From the IMG/VR virus record IMGVR_UViG_3300033109_000034: a stretch of 42,273 bases of DNA; one strand, given 5' to 3'. The first letter of the stretch is position 1. Each line of letters opens with the position of its first letter. The notes beneath the pieces were generated by a model. The model searched no databases and had not been told where the DNA came from. It saw only the letters and a list, made by a program, of their open reading frames with translations. Shown one piece after another: positions 34,046 to 41,244 of the stretch. Source of the stretch: a virus. The position numbers were made by a program, and so were the translations under genes.

Positions 34046-34067
34046 CTGGTGCGCGTCCTCCGGCGAA

Positions 34068-34247
34068 TCAGCAATAGCGATACTCAATCACGCGCGTTGT
34101 GAATGGCGCAATGGTTGGTTTGAGCCGGATAACCGGAGGCTCGCGCGGCTCAATGAGTGTGAGTGCAGCTAAGGTCACACCAAAGCTTGCGAGTACAACA
34201 AAACTCAACGCCGCGGCTGAAATCAGGATGCGGTTGAACACGGTCAT
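34068..34247 (-). CDS. 59-aa single-pass membrane protein
   Basis: ATG 34247 follows AGGGGA and overlaps the upstream stop (ATGA). TM segment ILISAAALSFVVLASFGVTLAAL. Confidence 0.45.
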   Translation of the reverse strand: MTVFNRILISAAALSFVVLASFGVTLAALTLIEPREPPVIRLKPTIAPFTTRVIEYRYC

Positions 34248-34402
34248 TCCCCTGAGAAAAATGCGCCAGCGGTGAAGGCCGCGCCGGCGAGGGCCAAGGC
34301 AAAGGCAAACAGCCACACGACTCCGACCGTTTGCGGGATGAACGCCGTCGCGGCCATGGCAGCCGCGCCAGCAAGGAAACCTGCTGTGTAGGACTTAGGC
34401 AT
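34244..34402 (-). CDS. 52-aa two-TM membrane protein
   Basis: My own translation: MPKSYTAGFLAGAAAMAATAFIPQTVGVVWLFAFALALAGAAFTAGAFFSGE. It is coupled to the next ORF. Confidence 0.4.
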   Translation of the reverse strand: MPKSYTAGFLAGAAAMAATAFIPQTVGVVWLFAFALALAGAAFTAGAFFSGE

Positions 34403-34416
34403 GCGAAGTTCGGGGC

Positions 34417-34992
34417 TTAAAGCCCCGCCTCCATCGCTTCATCAAGCTCGACGCGCTTGAGTACTAGTGCTCTGCGCCGGGTTTGCTGGCGCAGTTCCGC
34501 TAGATTGCGCTCTCGTGCCGATTTGCATACGACGTTAACTCCGCGCTCACGTTCGGCCTTAAACCGCGTGACCGTCTGGTTAAGCACCGCAACATCGTCA
34601 CCTAGACCCGCATCCGGCGGAAGTTCGAAAGGCGCCTCGCTTGACTCTCGAATGTTGACGCCAACCGGAGCGCCAGCCGCAACTGATCTGAGGTAGTGCG
34701 TTTCTTCCTTCTTTACCCAAACGAGATTGCTCGCGCGGCAATCAAGCTTGTTACCGTTGAGCGCTTCGACAAAGACATGCTCGGGCGACGGCCTCGAACA
34801 CCTTATTTCCGCAACGACGCGGTGAAGCGCGACCGATGTTAACTTCCCGTCCGGGCCGACGAACTTTGTGCGGGCAACTAGCCGCCCGTAATTGACCGTT
34901 AACGTCCACTCCAGGGTGAGTAGATGTGCGTCGCAATCATCTACAAAAACGCACGCGACTACAGCGCCGCCGGTCTTCCGGTGCTTGGTCAT
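34417..34992 (-). CDS. HNH_3/AP2-like DNA-binding protein (degenerate HNH)
   Basis: VALHRVVAEI...VEALNGNKLDCRASNLVWVKKEE parallels LHRLIA...VDHIDGNKLNNRxxNLRWV, but the His of DH is replaced. Confidence 0.55.
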   Translation of the reverse strand: MTKHRKTGGAVVACVFVDDCDAHLLTLEWTLTVNYGRLVARTKFVGPDGKLTSVALHRVVAEIRCSRPSPEHVFVEALNGNKLDCRASNLVWVKKEETHYLRSVAAGAPVGVNIRESSEAPFELPPDAGLGDDVAVLNQTVTRFKAERERGVNVVCKSARERNLAELRQQTRRRALVLKRVELDEAMEAGL

Positions 34993-35056
34993 TTTCCACC
35001 TATGATTTGATTATCTGGACTCTGAACGCATATGCGTCGCGAAGCGGGCTCTTGAA

Positions 35057-35136
35057 GCGCGGTAGTGATGAGACCCGACGCCCCCGTCAGCGGGGCTGAG
35101 GAAGCGATCTAATCACTACCATGCAGCGCGTTTTTT
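35057..35136 (+). ncRNA. Structured element ending in a T6 run (candidate small RNA or orphan intrinsic terminator)
   Basis: GCGC+GGTAGTGAT (35057-35069) pairs with ATCACTACC (35112-35120) and GCGC (35126-35129). An inner hairpin CCCCG tcag CGGGG sits at 35082-35095. TTTTTT follows at 35131-35136. The element lies in a divergent intergenic region. Confidence 0.35.
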
Positions 35137-35192
35137 GTCAAGACCCCGCGGAGCGATTTTTCGAGTTTGGCTCAGAAACGAATTGTTAACCG

Positions 35193-35450
35193 ATGGCATT
35201 TAAGGTCAACGACATCACCAGTCGAGATCAAGGATGCGTTGACATGGACCACGAAATACACACACGATTGCAGCAGGCCGGTATTGAAGTTTGGCAGACT
35301 ACACGCGACGCGTGGTGCTGGGCGATCAACTATGACCCTCAGAATCACGAACCGGCCCTTTGGCGGATCGAGCGCGGATATCCGTCTTTCGAGGCCGCCG
35401 CACTCGATGCTGCCGAACAGCTCGGCCTTGATTACACGGTCAACGGATAA
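35193..35450 (+). CDS. Hypothetical small protein
   Basis: ORF. Internal ATG 35244 has the better SD (AAGGA 9 nt upstream). Confidence 0.5.
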   Translation: MAFKVNDITSRDQGCVDMDHEIHTRLQQAGIEVWQTTRDAWCWAINYDPQNHEPALWRIERGYPSFEAAALDAAEQLGLDYTVNG

Positions 35451-35464
35451 AGAGGAGCACTCAA

Positions 35465-36076
35465 ATGGACCTGCAAAAAGTAATTACCGATCACGCTACC
35501 TGGCTTTCGGGTGGCACGAACGGTTCGCGCGCCAACCTCCGCGACGCCAACCTCCGCGACGCCAACCTCTGCGACGCCAACCTCCGCGACGCCAACCTCT
35601 GCGACGCCAACCTCCGCTACGCCAACCTCCGCTACGCCAACCTCAGCGGCGCCAACCTCCGCTACGCCAACCTCCGCTACGCCAACCTCAGCGGCGCCAA
35701 CCTCAGCGGCGCCAACCTCAGCGGCGCCAACCTCAGCGTCGCCAACCTCAGCGGCGCTGACCTCAGCGGCGCCGACCTCAGCGGCGCCGGCCTCAGCGAC
35801 GCCGACCTCAGCGGCGCCGACCTCCGCTACGCCAACCTCCGCGACGCCAACCTCAGCGGCGCCGACATCTATAGCGCACGCGGGATATTATCGTTTGGCC
35901 CGGTAGGTTCGGCGCGGCGCATAGGATATGCAGTAGCGCACCCGCACGGCCCAGCGATCCAATTGGGGTGTTTTTGGGGCAGCTTGCCTGCTGCACTCGC
36001 CGCCATCGAGGCTAAATACGGTGCTGAGTCCGCCTATGGGCGCTTAGTGTCCGCCGCATGTGCTGCTTTGGAGTAA
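35465..36076 (+). CDS. Pentapeptide-repeat protein (23 consecutive A(N/D)LxX units) with a roughly 65-aa C-terminal domain
   Basis: ANLRD ANLRD ANLCD ... ADLSG ADLRY ANLRD ANLSG, read directly from the translation. SD AGAGGAG lies upstream. Confidence 0.9.
   Translation: MDLQKVITDHATWLSGGTNGSRANLRDANLRDANLCDANLRDANLCDANLRYANLRYANLSGANLRYANLRYANLSGANLSGANLSGANLSVANLSGADLSGADLSGAGLSDADLSGADLRYANLRDANLSGADIYSARGILSFGPVGSARRIGYAVAHPHGPAIQLGCFWGSLPAALAAIEAKYGAESAYGRLVSAACAALE
35531..35875 (+). repeat. 23 tandem 15-bp units (consensus gccaacctc(c/a)gcg(a/g)c) underlying the pentapeptide repeats
   Basis: Units differ at only 1-4 positions. A 45-bp higher-order unit (RY-RY-SG) occurs twice. Confidence 0.9.
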
Positions 36077-36082
36077 CCGGCC

Positions 36083-36334
36083 ATGGGCACACCACGCCAC
36101 GTCCAGCTATCGCGGGATGATCGCATAATCCTCGATAGGCTAGGGCAGAATAAGCCCGCGTTTCCGTTGCCGTACTTTGACGAGCAAGAGGCCGAAGACC
36201 GGCGAGCCGCCCTTGCGCGGCTCCGGCGCCTGGGGCTCGTGGGGCAGTACACGACAAAGTCGCCGGGCGGTAGCCGGCCGGTGCTGACGCCTAGGGGCCG
36301 GCAAGCGTTGTTGGGCGAGGCAATACTATGGTGA
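36083..36334 (+). CDS. Hypothetical small protein (possible winged helix)
   Basis: GGAG lies 9 nt upstream. LARLRRLGLVGQY...LTPRGRQAL fits a wHTH pattern. Confidence 0.5.
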   Translation: MGTPRHVQLSRDDRIILDRLGQNKPAFPLPYFDEQEAEDRRAALARLRRLGLVGQYTTKSPGGSRPVLTPRGRQALLGEAILW

Positions 36335-36588
36335 CATTTGAGCCTGATGAGGTGCAGCGCGCGCTATCCGAGATGGAGCGTGAGAGCATCTATTACCTAG
36401 CCGCGGCGCAGAGCTTAGCGCTCGGGCGGATTGATAAAGCGGAATATCTGACGCGCCGCTGGGCATTCCGCCGTGCGCGGGCCACCTACGCCCGCACACA
36501 TGGTATTTCCGCGCCACCCCACCCCGATGGCGGGGTTGTGATCCCGTTTACTCGGCGGGGCCAATCTCCCGCCGGAGATGGGCGATAA
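36328..36588 (+). CDS. Hypothetical small protein
   Basis: The ATG overlaps the upstream stop. I recognised no motif. Confidence 0.45.
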   Translation: MVTFEPDEVQRALSEMERESIYYLAAAQSLALGRIDKAEYLTRRWAFRRARATYARTHGISAPPHPDGGVVIPFTRRGQSPAGDGR

Positions 36589-36865
36589 GCCGATCGCGGA
36601 CGGCGGGGCTGATCTCACCAAATCGGCCTATTGCCTTCGCGAGCACTGCCCAACTAAATCCGCACAGGCCGTCGCGCTCCATCCGGATAACGTCGGCCAT
36701 CTTGTACCGGATAGCGCCATTTGAAAGCTTTACGAATGGCAGCCCTTCGCCCCGTGCCCGCAAATTCGCCAGCGTCTGCGTTGACTGGCGCAGTCGGTTG
36801 GCGACTTCCTCGGGGGTCATATACAAGTCATAAGCGTCAGCTTCACTTTTTTCGAGGATTGGCAT
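36548..36865 (-). CDS. Excisionase/MerR-type HTH protein downstream of the repressor
   Basis: GGAG SD. MTPEEVANRLRQSTQTLANLRARGEGLPFVKLSNGAIRYKMADV matches the HTH_17 pattern. Confidence 0.6.
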   Translation of the reverse strand: MPILEKSEADAYDLYMTPEEVANRLRQSTQTLANLRARGEGLPFVKLSNGAIRYKMADVIRMERDGLCGFSWAVLAKAIGRFGEISPAVRDRLIAHLRREIGPAE

Positions 36866-36877
36866 TGTCGGTCTCCG

Positions 36878-37615
36878 TCAGAAGATAACTGCAAGAACAG
36901 GCATAGCCCGAAAAACTTCGCGAAGGTGCATAGGTTCGCCCCCGCCCATAGGCTGTAGCGTCAGCGGCAACATCCTGTTAGGCCCCCGGACCAGCGTGCC
37001 AATAAGCGGCACCACTTGGTCAGCAGCCTCCACTATGCACAGCCGGCCGATTGCATCCGGCGGCACGTAGCTGCCCGGCCCGTCGGCCTCCGCATAGAGG
37101 ATCATCGCGCCATCGTAAGCGGCCAGCGGGCCGGTCTTGGTCTCACACACAATCGCTGATGTGGCCGCGTGCGGGACGTGCACGGCGATCGAACTCCCGG
37201 AGCGCGCGGATATGCTGGTTATCTGCCCTGAGTCGCGGAGCGAGCCGCGAATTGTAACTGTATGCGCGGCCACGTCATACCCGAGCCGGCGCAACACAGT
37301 TGCAATATCAACGCGGAGGATTGATGCGATCTCCACCGCGTCGTCGAGCTTCACGCGGTGAACACCGGTCAGTATGTGCGTGATCGTGCTTGAGTCCTTA
37401 TGTAACAGCCGCGCAAGCTCGCCCTGAGACAAATTCCTCCGCTTTAGTGCCTGTACAAACCATGCGCGGTCGACGGTTAGCGGTGCGAGCCGTGGCCGCC
37501 CTCGCTGGGCTTGCATGTCCGTGGTCTCCACTTTGGGCTTTCGCGCCGCGGTACGCCCTACCAGGACCGCGGCAACTCGGGATTTCACCGATTCTGCTAC
37601 TCGCGTTCGTGCCAT
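36878..37615 (-). CDS. CI-like repressor: XRE-family HTH plus uncharacterised C-terminal domain
   Basis: FVQALKRRNLSQGELARLLHKDSSTITHILTGVHRVKLDDAVEIASILRVD is an XRE-type HTH. The gene is divergent from the early operon. I place the start at ATG 37615, although the track ORF extends to 37717 through AT-rich DNA. Confidence 0.7.
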   Translation of the reverse strand: MARTRVAESVKSRVAAVLVGRTAARKPKVETTDMQAQRGRPRLAPLTVDRAWFVQALKRRNLSQGELARLLHKDSSTITHILTGVHRVKLDDAVEIASILRVDIATVLRRLGYDVAAHTVTIRGSLRDSGQITSISARSGSSIAVHVPHAATSAIVCETKTGPLAAYDGAMILYAEADGPGSYVPPDAIGRLCIVEAADQVVPLIGTLVRGPNRMLPLTLQPMGGGEPMHLREVFRAMPVLAVIF

Positions 37616-37668
37616 TTTGATACAGGCTCCACGTTGAGATGATTTCGATTTAAATTCCACAAAATGGA
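37612..37668. promoter_or_regulatory. Candidate operator: inverted repeat CCATTTTG (37612-19) / CAAAATGG (37660-67) and local palindrome TCCAcaaaaTGGA (37656-68)
   Basis: Read directly. It lies in the AT-rich divergent region between the repressor and the early operon, and its left arm overlaps the repressor start codon. Confidence 0.3.
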
Positions 37669-37803
37669 TAAAATAGCAAGGCGCCGCGGCTCGCATTTGT
37701 ACGATTTTTGTCATCACCGCGTTGCGGCTAATAGCGGCTCATGGTAAACAGTTAGTTGCGCCAGCGCGCTAGCTCGCTGGCCTAAGAGACGAGGGGACAA
37801 ATC

Positions 37804-38037
37804 ATGCTTAGACAATTGATCGACACACGTATTCGGCTCAGCGTGCACATGTCACCACGATTTGCGGTGCTCCGCGACTTCGCCGATATCGGGCTGCTCG
37901 TGCTGCTCATCGGCCCGGTATGGTGCTCGCTGGCGTATCCGCCCGGACTGCCGGGTGCCGTGCGTCAGCTCATGTCATCGAGCGTCGCTGCGGTGTGCGT
38001 GCTCGCGCCCTATGTGCTTGCAGTTACATGTACCTAG
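37804..38037 (+). CDS. Small hydrophobic protein, first gene of the rightward early operon
   Basis: GAGGGGA SD lies 6 nt upstream. Two hydrophobic stretches are present and no HTH. Confidence 0.45.
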   Translation: MLRQLIDTRIRLSVHMSPRFAVLRDFADIGLLVLLIGPVWCSLAYPPGLPGAVRQLMSSSVAAVCVLAPYVLAVTCT

Positions 38038-38531
38038 TCGGCATTGATCCGGGGTTATCAGGCGCTATTGCTGTGCTGTTGCAGCGCGCCGGCCACGCAT
38101 CTCAATTAACCGTGATCGACATGCCGACGCTAGACATCACCGTTGCCGGCAAGCGCCGTCGCCGCCTTGATCTCGCGGCGCTAGCCGGCGCGCTATCCGG
38201 GGTTGCAGTCGGGGCGCCTGATGTCGTGCTAATCGAGGATGTCAGCGGCCGACCCCCCGGACTCAAGGGCTCACAGTCTGGTGCGTTCATGCAGGGATTC
38301 AACGCAGCCGCGCCCGTTGCGATCTGTGCCGCACTCGGTTTGCCTTACAACTTGGTGGTGCCGGCAGTGTGGAAAAAGGCTATGGGCACGCCAGCAGACA
38401 AAGACGGCGCCCGGCTCGCCGCAAGCCGGTTGTTTCCAGAATTCGCCCATCTTTGGGCTCGCTCCAAAGACGATGGCCGCGCGGAAGCTGCGTTGCTCGC
38501 TGCTTTCGCGGCGCGGAGGGTACAGTCATGA
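38028..38531 (+). CDS. RuvC-like Holliday junction resolvase
   Basis: MYLVGIDPGLSGAIAV (Asp 1), VVLIEDV (Glu), SKDDGRAEAALLA (Asp). This is the RuvC-fold catalytic pattern. Confidence 0.8.
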   Translation: MYLVGIDPGLSGAIAVLLQRAGHASQLTVIDMPTLDITVAGKRRRRLDLAALAGALSGVAVGAPDVVLIEDVSGRPPGLKGSQSGAFMQGFNAAAPVAICAALGLPYNLVVPAVWKKAMGTPADKDGARLAASRLFPEFAHLWARSKDDGRAEAALLAAFAARRVQS

Positions 38532-38722
38532 CATCGCGTGAAAGAACCGCGAGGGACATTGTCCGGCTTGTGCGCAGCGCAACGGCTCGGGCTGTTGATG
38601 CGTATTGCCGTGGCGATGAGGCTGCGTGCGACGCGGATATCGCCATAGTCTGCGCCGCATTCAGAGACGCTAAGCGCGGCGGATATTTGGGCTCGATAAT
38701 ACAGCAGGTGCGCCGTGGCTGA
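38528..38722 (+). CDS. Hypothetical small protein
   Basis: ATGA overlap with the resolvase stop. Confidence 0.45.
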   Translation: MTSRERTARDIVRLVRSATARAVDAYCRGDEAACDADIAIVCAAFRDAKRGGYLGSIIQQVRRG

Positions 38723-38882
38723 CCTGACAGAGGCAATCGAGCACGCGCGTCGCATGCGTGAGACGCTGTTACTGCAAGAGCTGCTGTGGTCGCAGCGCGT
38801 AGCCGCAGAGCTGGCAGAATTGCGCGGCGAAGTACACGCCGCGGAGGCGCGGCTCGAAATGCTGCTGGCTCGGCATGCCTAG
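38715..38882 (+). CDS. 55-aa helical micro-ORF
   Basis: My own translation from GTG 38715 (VADLTEAIEHARRMRETLLLQELLWSQRVAAELAELRGEVHAAEARLEMLLARHA). It overlaps both neighbours by 8 nt. Confidence 0.35.
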   Translation: MADLTEAIEHARRMRETLLLQELLWSQRVAAELAELRGEVHAAEARLEMLLARHA

Positions 38883-41181
38883 ACTATATCCGTTTCAGCA
38901 GATTGGCGCAGCCCATCTTGCGGGCGATCGATGTCGTTTGTTGGCGGATGAGATGGGGCTCGGCAAGGCCCAACCGTTATGCGCTGGCGTACTAACACCG
39001 GCTGGTTGGCGTAAGATAGGCGATCTGACTGTAGGCGCGCATATTATCGGACGCGATGGCCGAACGCACTCGGTGCTAGGCGTTTATGACCGCGGTAAGC
39101 GCGACATATACTCGGTGCACTTTTCCGATGGCACCGAGGTGGAGTGCTGCGCCGAGCACATTTGGTCGGTTCAAGACTCTAACAGACGGATGCGGGGTAA
39201 AGGCTGGTCTACAATAACAACCGGCGAAATGCTTCGGCGGGGTGTGCGGTATAGAAACGGCACCTCGAAATGGCGCATTCCGCTGATGAGTCCCGCCGAA
39301 CTTGCTCACGTACATGTCCCTATCCCGCACTATCTGATGGGGGTTCTCATTGGTGACGGCGCACTGACGAACGGCGTGCTGCAGTTTTCTGTGCCGCCGA
39401 GTAAACAGGCCATTCACGATAAAATAGGCGATCTGATTGGCTTTGACCGTCTCGGAAAGCCCCGTGGCCACGGAACTTCTATACAAGTTGCCGTGCGCGG
39501 AACGCGGCACAAATACAACGACATGCTCCGCGCGGTTGCTGATATGAGGCTAAACGTTCGCAGCAAAGAGCGCTTCATCCCGGAACCGTACAAGCTCGGG
39601 TCGGCCGCTAACCGGCTTGAACTTCTCCGTGGTCTAATGGACACGGACGGAAGCGCCGTTGATGGCCGCACGACATTCCACACGTGCTCGCTCCGGCTCT
39701 GCAACGACGTTGCGGAATTGGTGCGCTCGCTCGGAGGGGTTGCGATTATTCGCAAGTACGATCGCGCCCACGAAAGCAAACCGCCGGAATGGCAAGTCAA
39801 TGTCCGCATGTACGAATGCCCATTCAGCCTACCGGCCAAAGCGCAGCAGTGGCGGTCGCCTGCACGCGTACATGGAAAATACATCACTGCAATCTATTGG
39901 GCCGGGTACACCGAGACGCGATGCATATCCGTGAGTGCCGCAGACCATCTATACATAACTGACGGGTATAACTGCACTCATAACACCCGCCAAGCCATAT
40001 CCGCGACGGAGGCCACGCCTAGCACCCGCGTTAATGTCATATGCCCGGCCATCCTCTGCGCCGAGTGGGCCGACGAATGGGCTCGCTGCGGCGACGTACC
40101 TCGGAGTGTATCGGTGCTCGGCGCCAAAAAACAGCCAACTCCGGAAACGGCTGATGTGGTTATTGCATCATACGACCGAGCATCGCGCCCGGAAGTCGCA
40201 GGTATGCTCGCGGCACGACGCAACGCCATCGTGATTGCGGATGAGGCGCACAACCTCAAAACAATCGGTACACGCCGTGCAACCACCATACTCGGCGAAA
40301 AGGGCGACGGCTCATCCGGGCTCGTACATCGCGCTTCGGCGATCTATTTTTTAACAGGAACACCCGCGCCCAATCATGTCGGGGAACTATACCCAATGCT
40401 AGCGACTGGCCAGCGGTACAGTGGTGACTACTACTCTTTTTTGGGCGATTTCTGCGTGACGCGCGAGACGCCTTATGGCCCGAGGGTTGTTGGCTATCGT
40501 AACGCCGCGGGTCTTCGCGCGCTGCTCGACGGATGGATGCTTCGCCGCACGAACGCGGTTGAGCTGCCGCCGACCGACTGGGGCGAAATCGTCGTTGCAC
40601 CAGAAGATTGCTCAAGCGCTCACGTGCCCGGCACAGCTGGCGCCCAGCTGAAACGCGCGATTGAGCTTGGCGATCTGAGCGCAATCGACTCGCCGCACCT
40701 AGCTACACTGCGCAGAGTCACCGGGCTGGCGAAGGCTAAGCCCGTTGCGCGGCTAGCTGCGGAACTGCTGACCAGCGAGCCCAGCGCTAAAATCGTGCTA
40801 TTCGGCATCCATCGCGCCGTGATCGATATCATTGTCGCCGAGCTGCGTGATTTTGGCGTGATCGCGCTGACGGGCGGCACACCTGACGCCGCGCGAAAAC
40901 GGCTTAAGGACCAATTTCAAAAAGCCCCGGAAATCCGCGTCGCAGTGTGTCAGATGCGTGCGGCTGGTACTGGGTTGACGCTCACAGCTGCAAACCACCT
41001 ATGGATTGTCGAACCGAGCTGGGTTCCGGCAGACAATGACCAGGCGGCAAAAAGGATCGTGCGCATCGGGCAGCACCGGAGCACAAGCGTCAAAATGGTC
41101 ACTCTCGACACGAGCATAGACCGCGCGGTCAACAGCGTGTTGAGAAAAAAGCGCCAACTCATTGATGAGATATTGAGTTAA
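38875..41181 (+). CDS. SNF2-family helicase precursor containing an intein
   Basis: LYPFQQIGAAHL, LADEMGLGK | intein | TRQAIS, VIADEAHNLK, LTGTPAPN, QMRAAGTGLTLTAANHLWIVEPSWVPADNDQAAKRIVRIGQ. Confidence 0.9.
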   Translation: MPRLYPFQQIGAAHLAGDRCRLLADEMGLGKAQPLCAGVLTPAGWRKIGDLTVGAHIIGRDGRTHSVLGVYDRGKRDIYSVHFSDGTEVECCAEHIWSVQDSNRRMRGKGWSTITTGEMLRRGVRYRNGTSKWRIPLMSPAELAHVHVPIPHYLMGVLIGDGALTNGVLQFSVPPSKQAIHDKIGDLIGFDRLGKPRGHGTSIQVAVRGTRHKYNDMLRAVADMRLNVRSKERFIPEPYKLGSAANRLELLRGLMDTDGSAVDGRTTFHTCSLRLCNDVAELVRSLGGVAIIRKYDRAHESKPPEWQVNVRMYECPFSLPAKAQQWRSPARVHGKYITAIYWAGYTETRCISVSAADHLYITDGYNCTHNTRQAISATEATPSTRVNVICPAILCAEWADEWARCGDVPRSVSVLGAKKQPTPETADVVIASYDRASRPEVAGMLAARRNAIVIADEAHNLKTIGTRRATTILGEKGDGSSGLVHRASAIYFLTGTPAPNHVGELYPMLATGQRYSGDYYSFLGDFCVTRETPYGPRVVGYRNAAGLRALLDGWMLRRTNAVELPPTDWGEIVVAPEDCSSAHVPGTAGAQLKRAIELGDLSAIDSPHLATLRRVTGLAKAKPVARLAAELLTSEPSAKIVLFGIHRAVIDIIVAELRDFGVIALTGGTPDAARKRLKDQFQKAPEIRVAVCQMRAAGTGLTLTAANHLWIVEPSWVPADNDQAAKRIVRIGQHRSTSVKMVTLDTSIDRAVNSVLRKKRQLIDEILS
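38968..39984 (+). mobile_element. Intein (339 aa) with LAGLIDADG homing endonuclease and the class 3 (Trp-Cys-Thr) signature
   Basis: It starts AQPLCAGVLTPAGWRKIGDL, and block B is ECCAEHIW. The LAGLIDADG motifs are YLMGVLIGDGAL and LLRGLMDTDGSA. Block F is TRCISVSAADHLYITDGY. It ends CTHN followed by Thr. Confidence 0.8.
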
Positions 41182-41193
41182 TGTAGAAACTGA

Positions 41194-41240
41194 GCTAGTC
41201 TGCCCTCACACCAACAAACAGTCATCAATGAGGGACTAGC
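41194..41240 (+). promoter_or_regulatory. Hairpin whose 3' arm contains the Shine-Dalgarno (GAGGGA) of the next gene
   Basis: GCTAGT(ctg)CCCTCA, then a 20-nt loop, then TGAGGGACTAGC. The ATG at 41245 lies 4 nt after the stem. Confidence 0.3.
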
Positions 41241-41244
41241 AACT

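Noticed and set aside
35167-35906. Two long alternative-frame ORFs over the pentapeptide gene (35167..35760, RRQPP repeats; 35511..35906, ATPTS repeats)
   Set aside because: They are by-products of the 15-bp tandem repeat, which keeps all three frames open. Only the ANLxx frame has an SD-preceded ATG, a non-repetitive C-terminal domain and a known protein family.
37664-37747. 27-aa basic ORF (MDKIARRRGSHLYDFCHHRVAANSGSW) in the repressor/early-operon intergenic region as a possible Cro
   Set aside because: It has no HTH and no SD, and it lies within the probable operator/promoter DNA. It is too weak to call.
38786-38995. 69-aa ORF overlapping the start of the SNF2 gene
   Set aside because: The translation is Arg-rich and low-complexity, with no SD. 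The SNF2 frame and the 55-aa helical ORF 38715..38882 account for the region.
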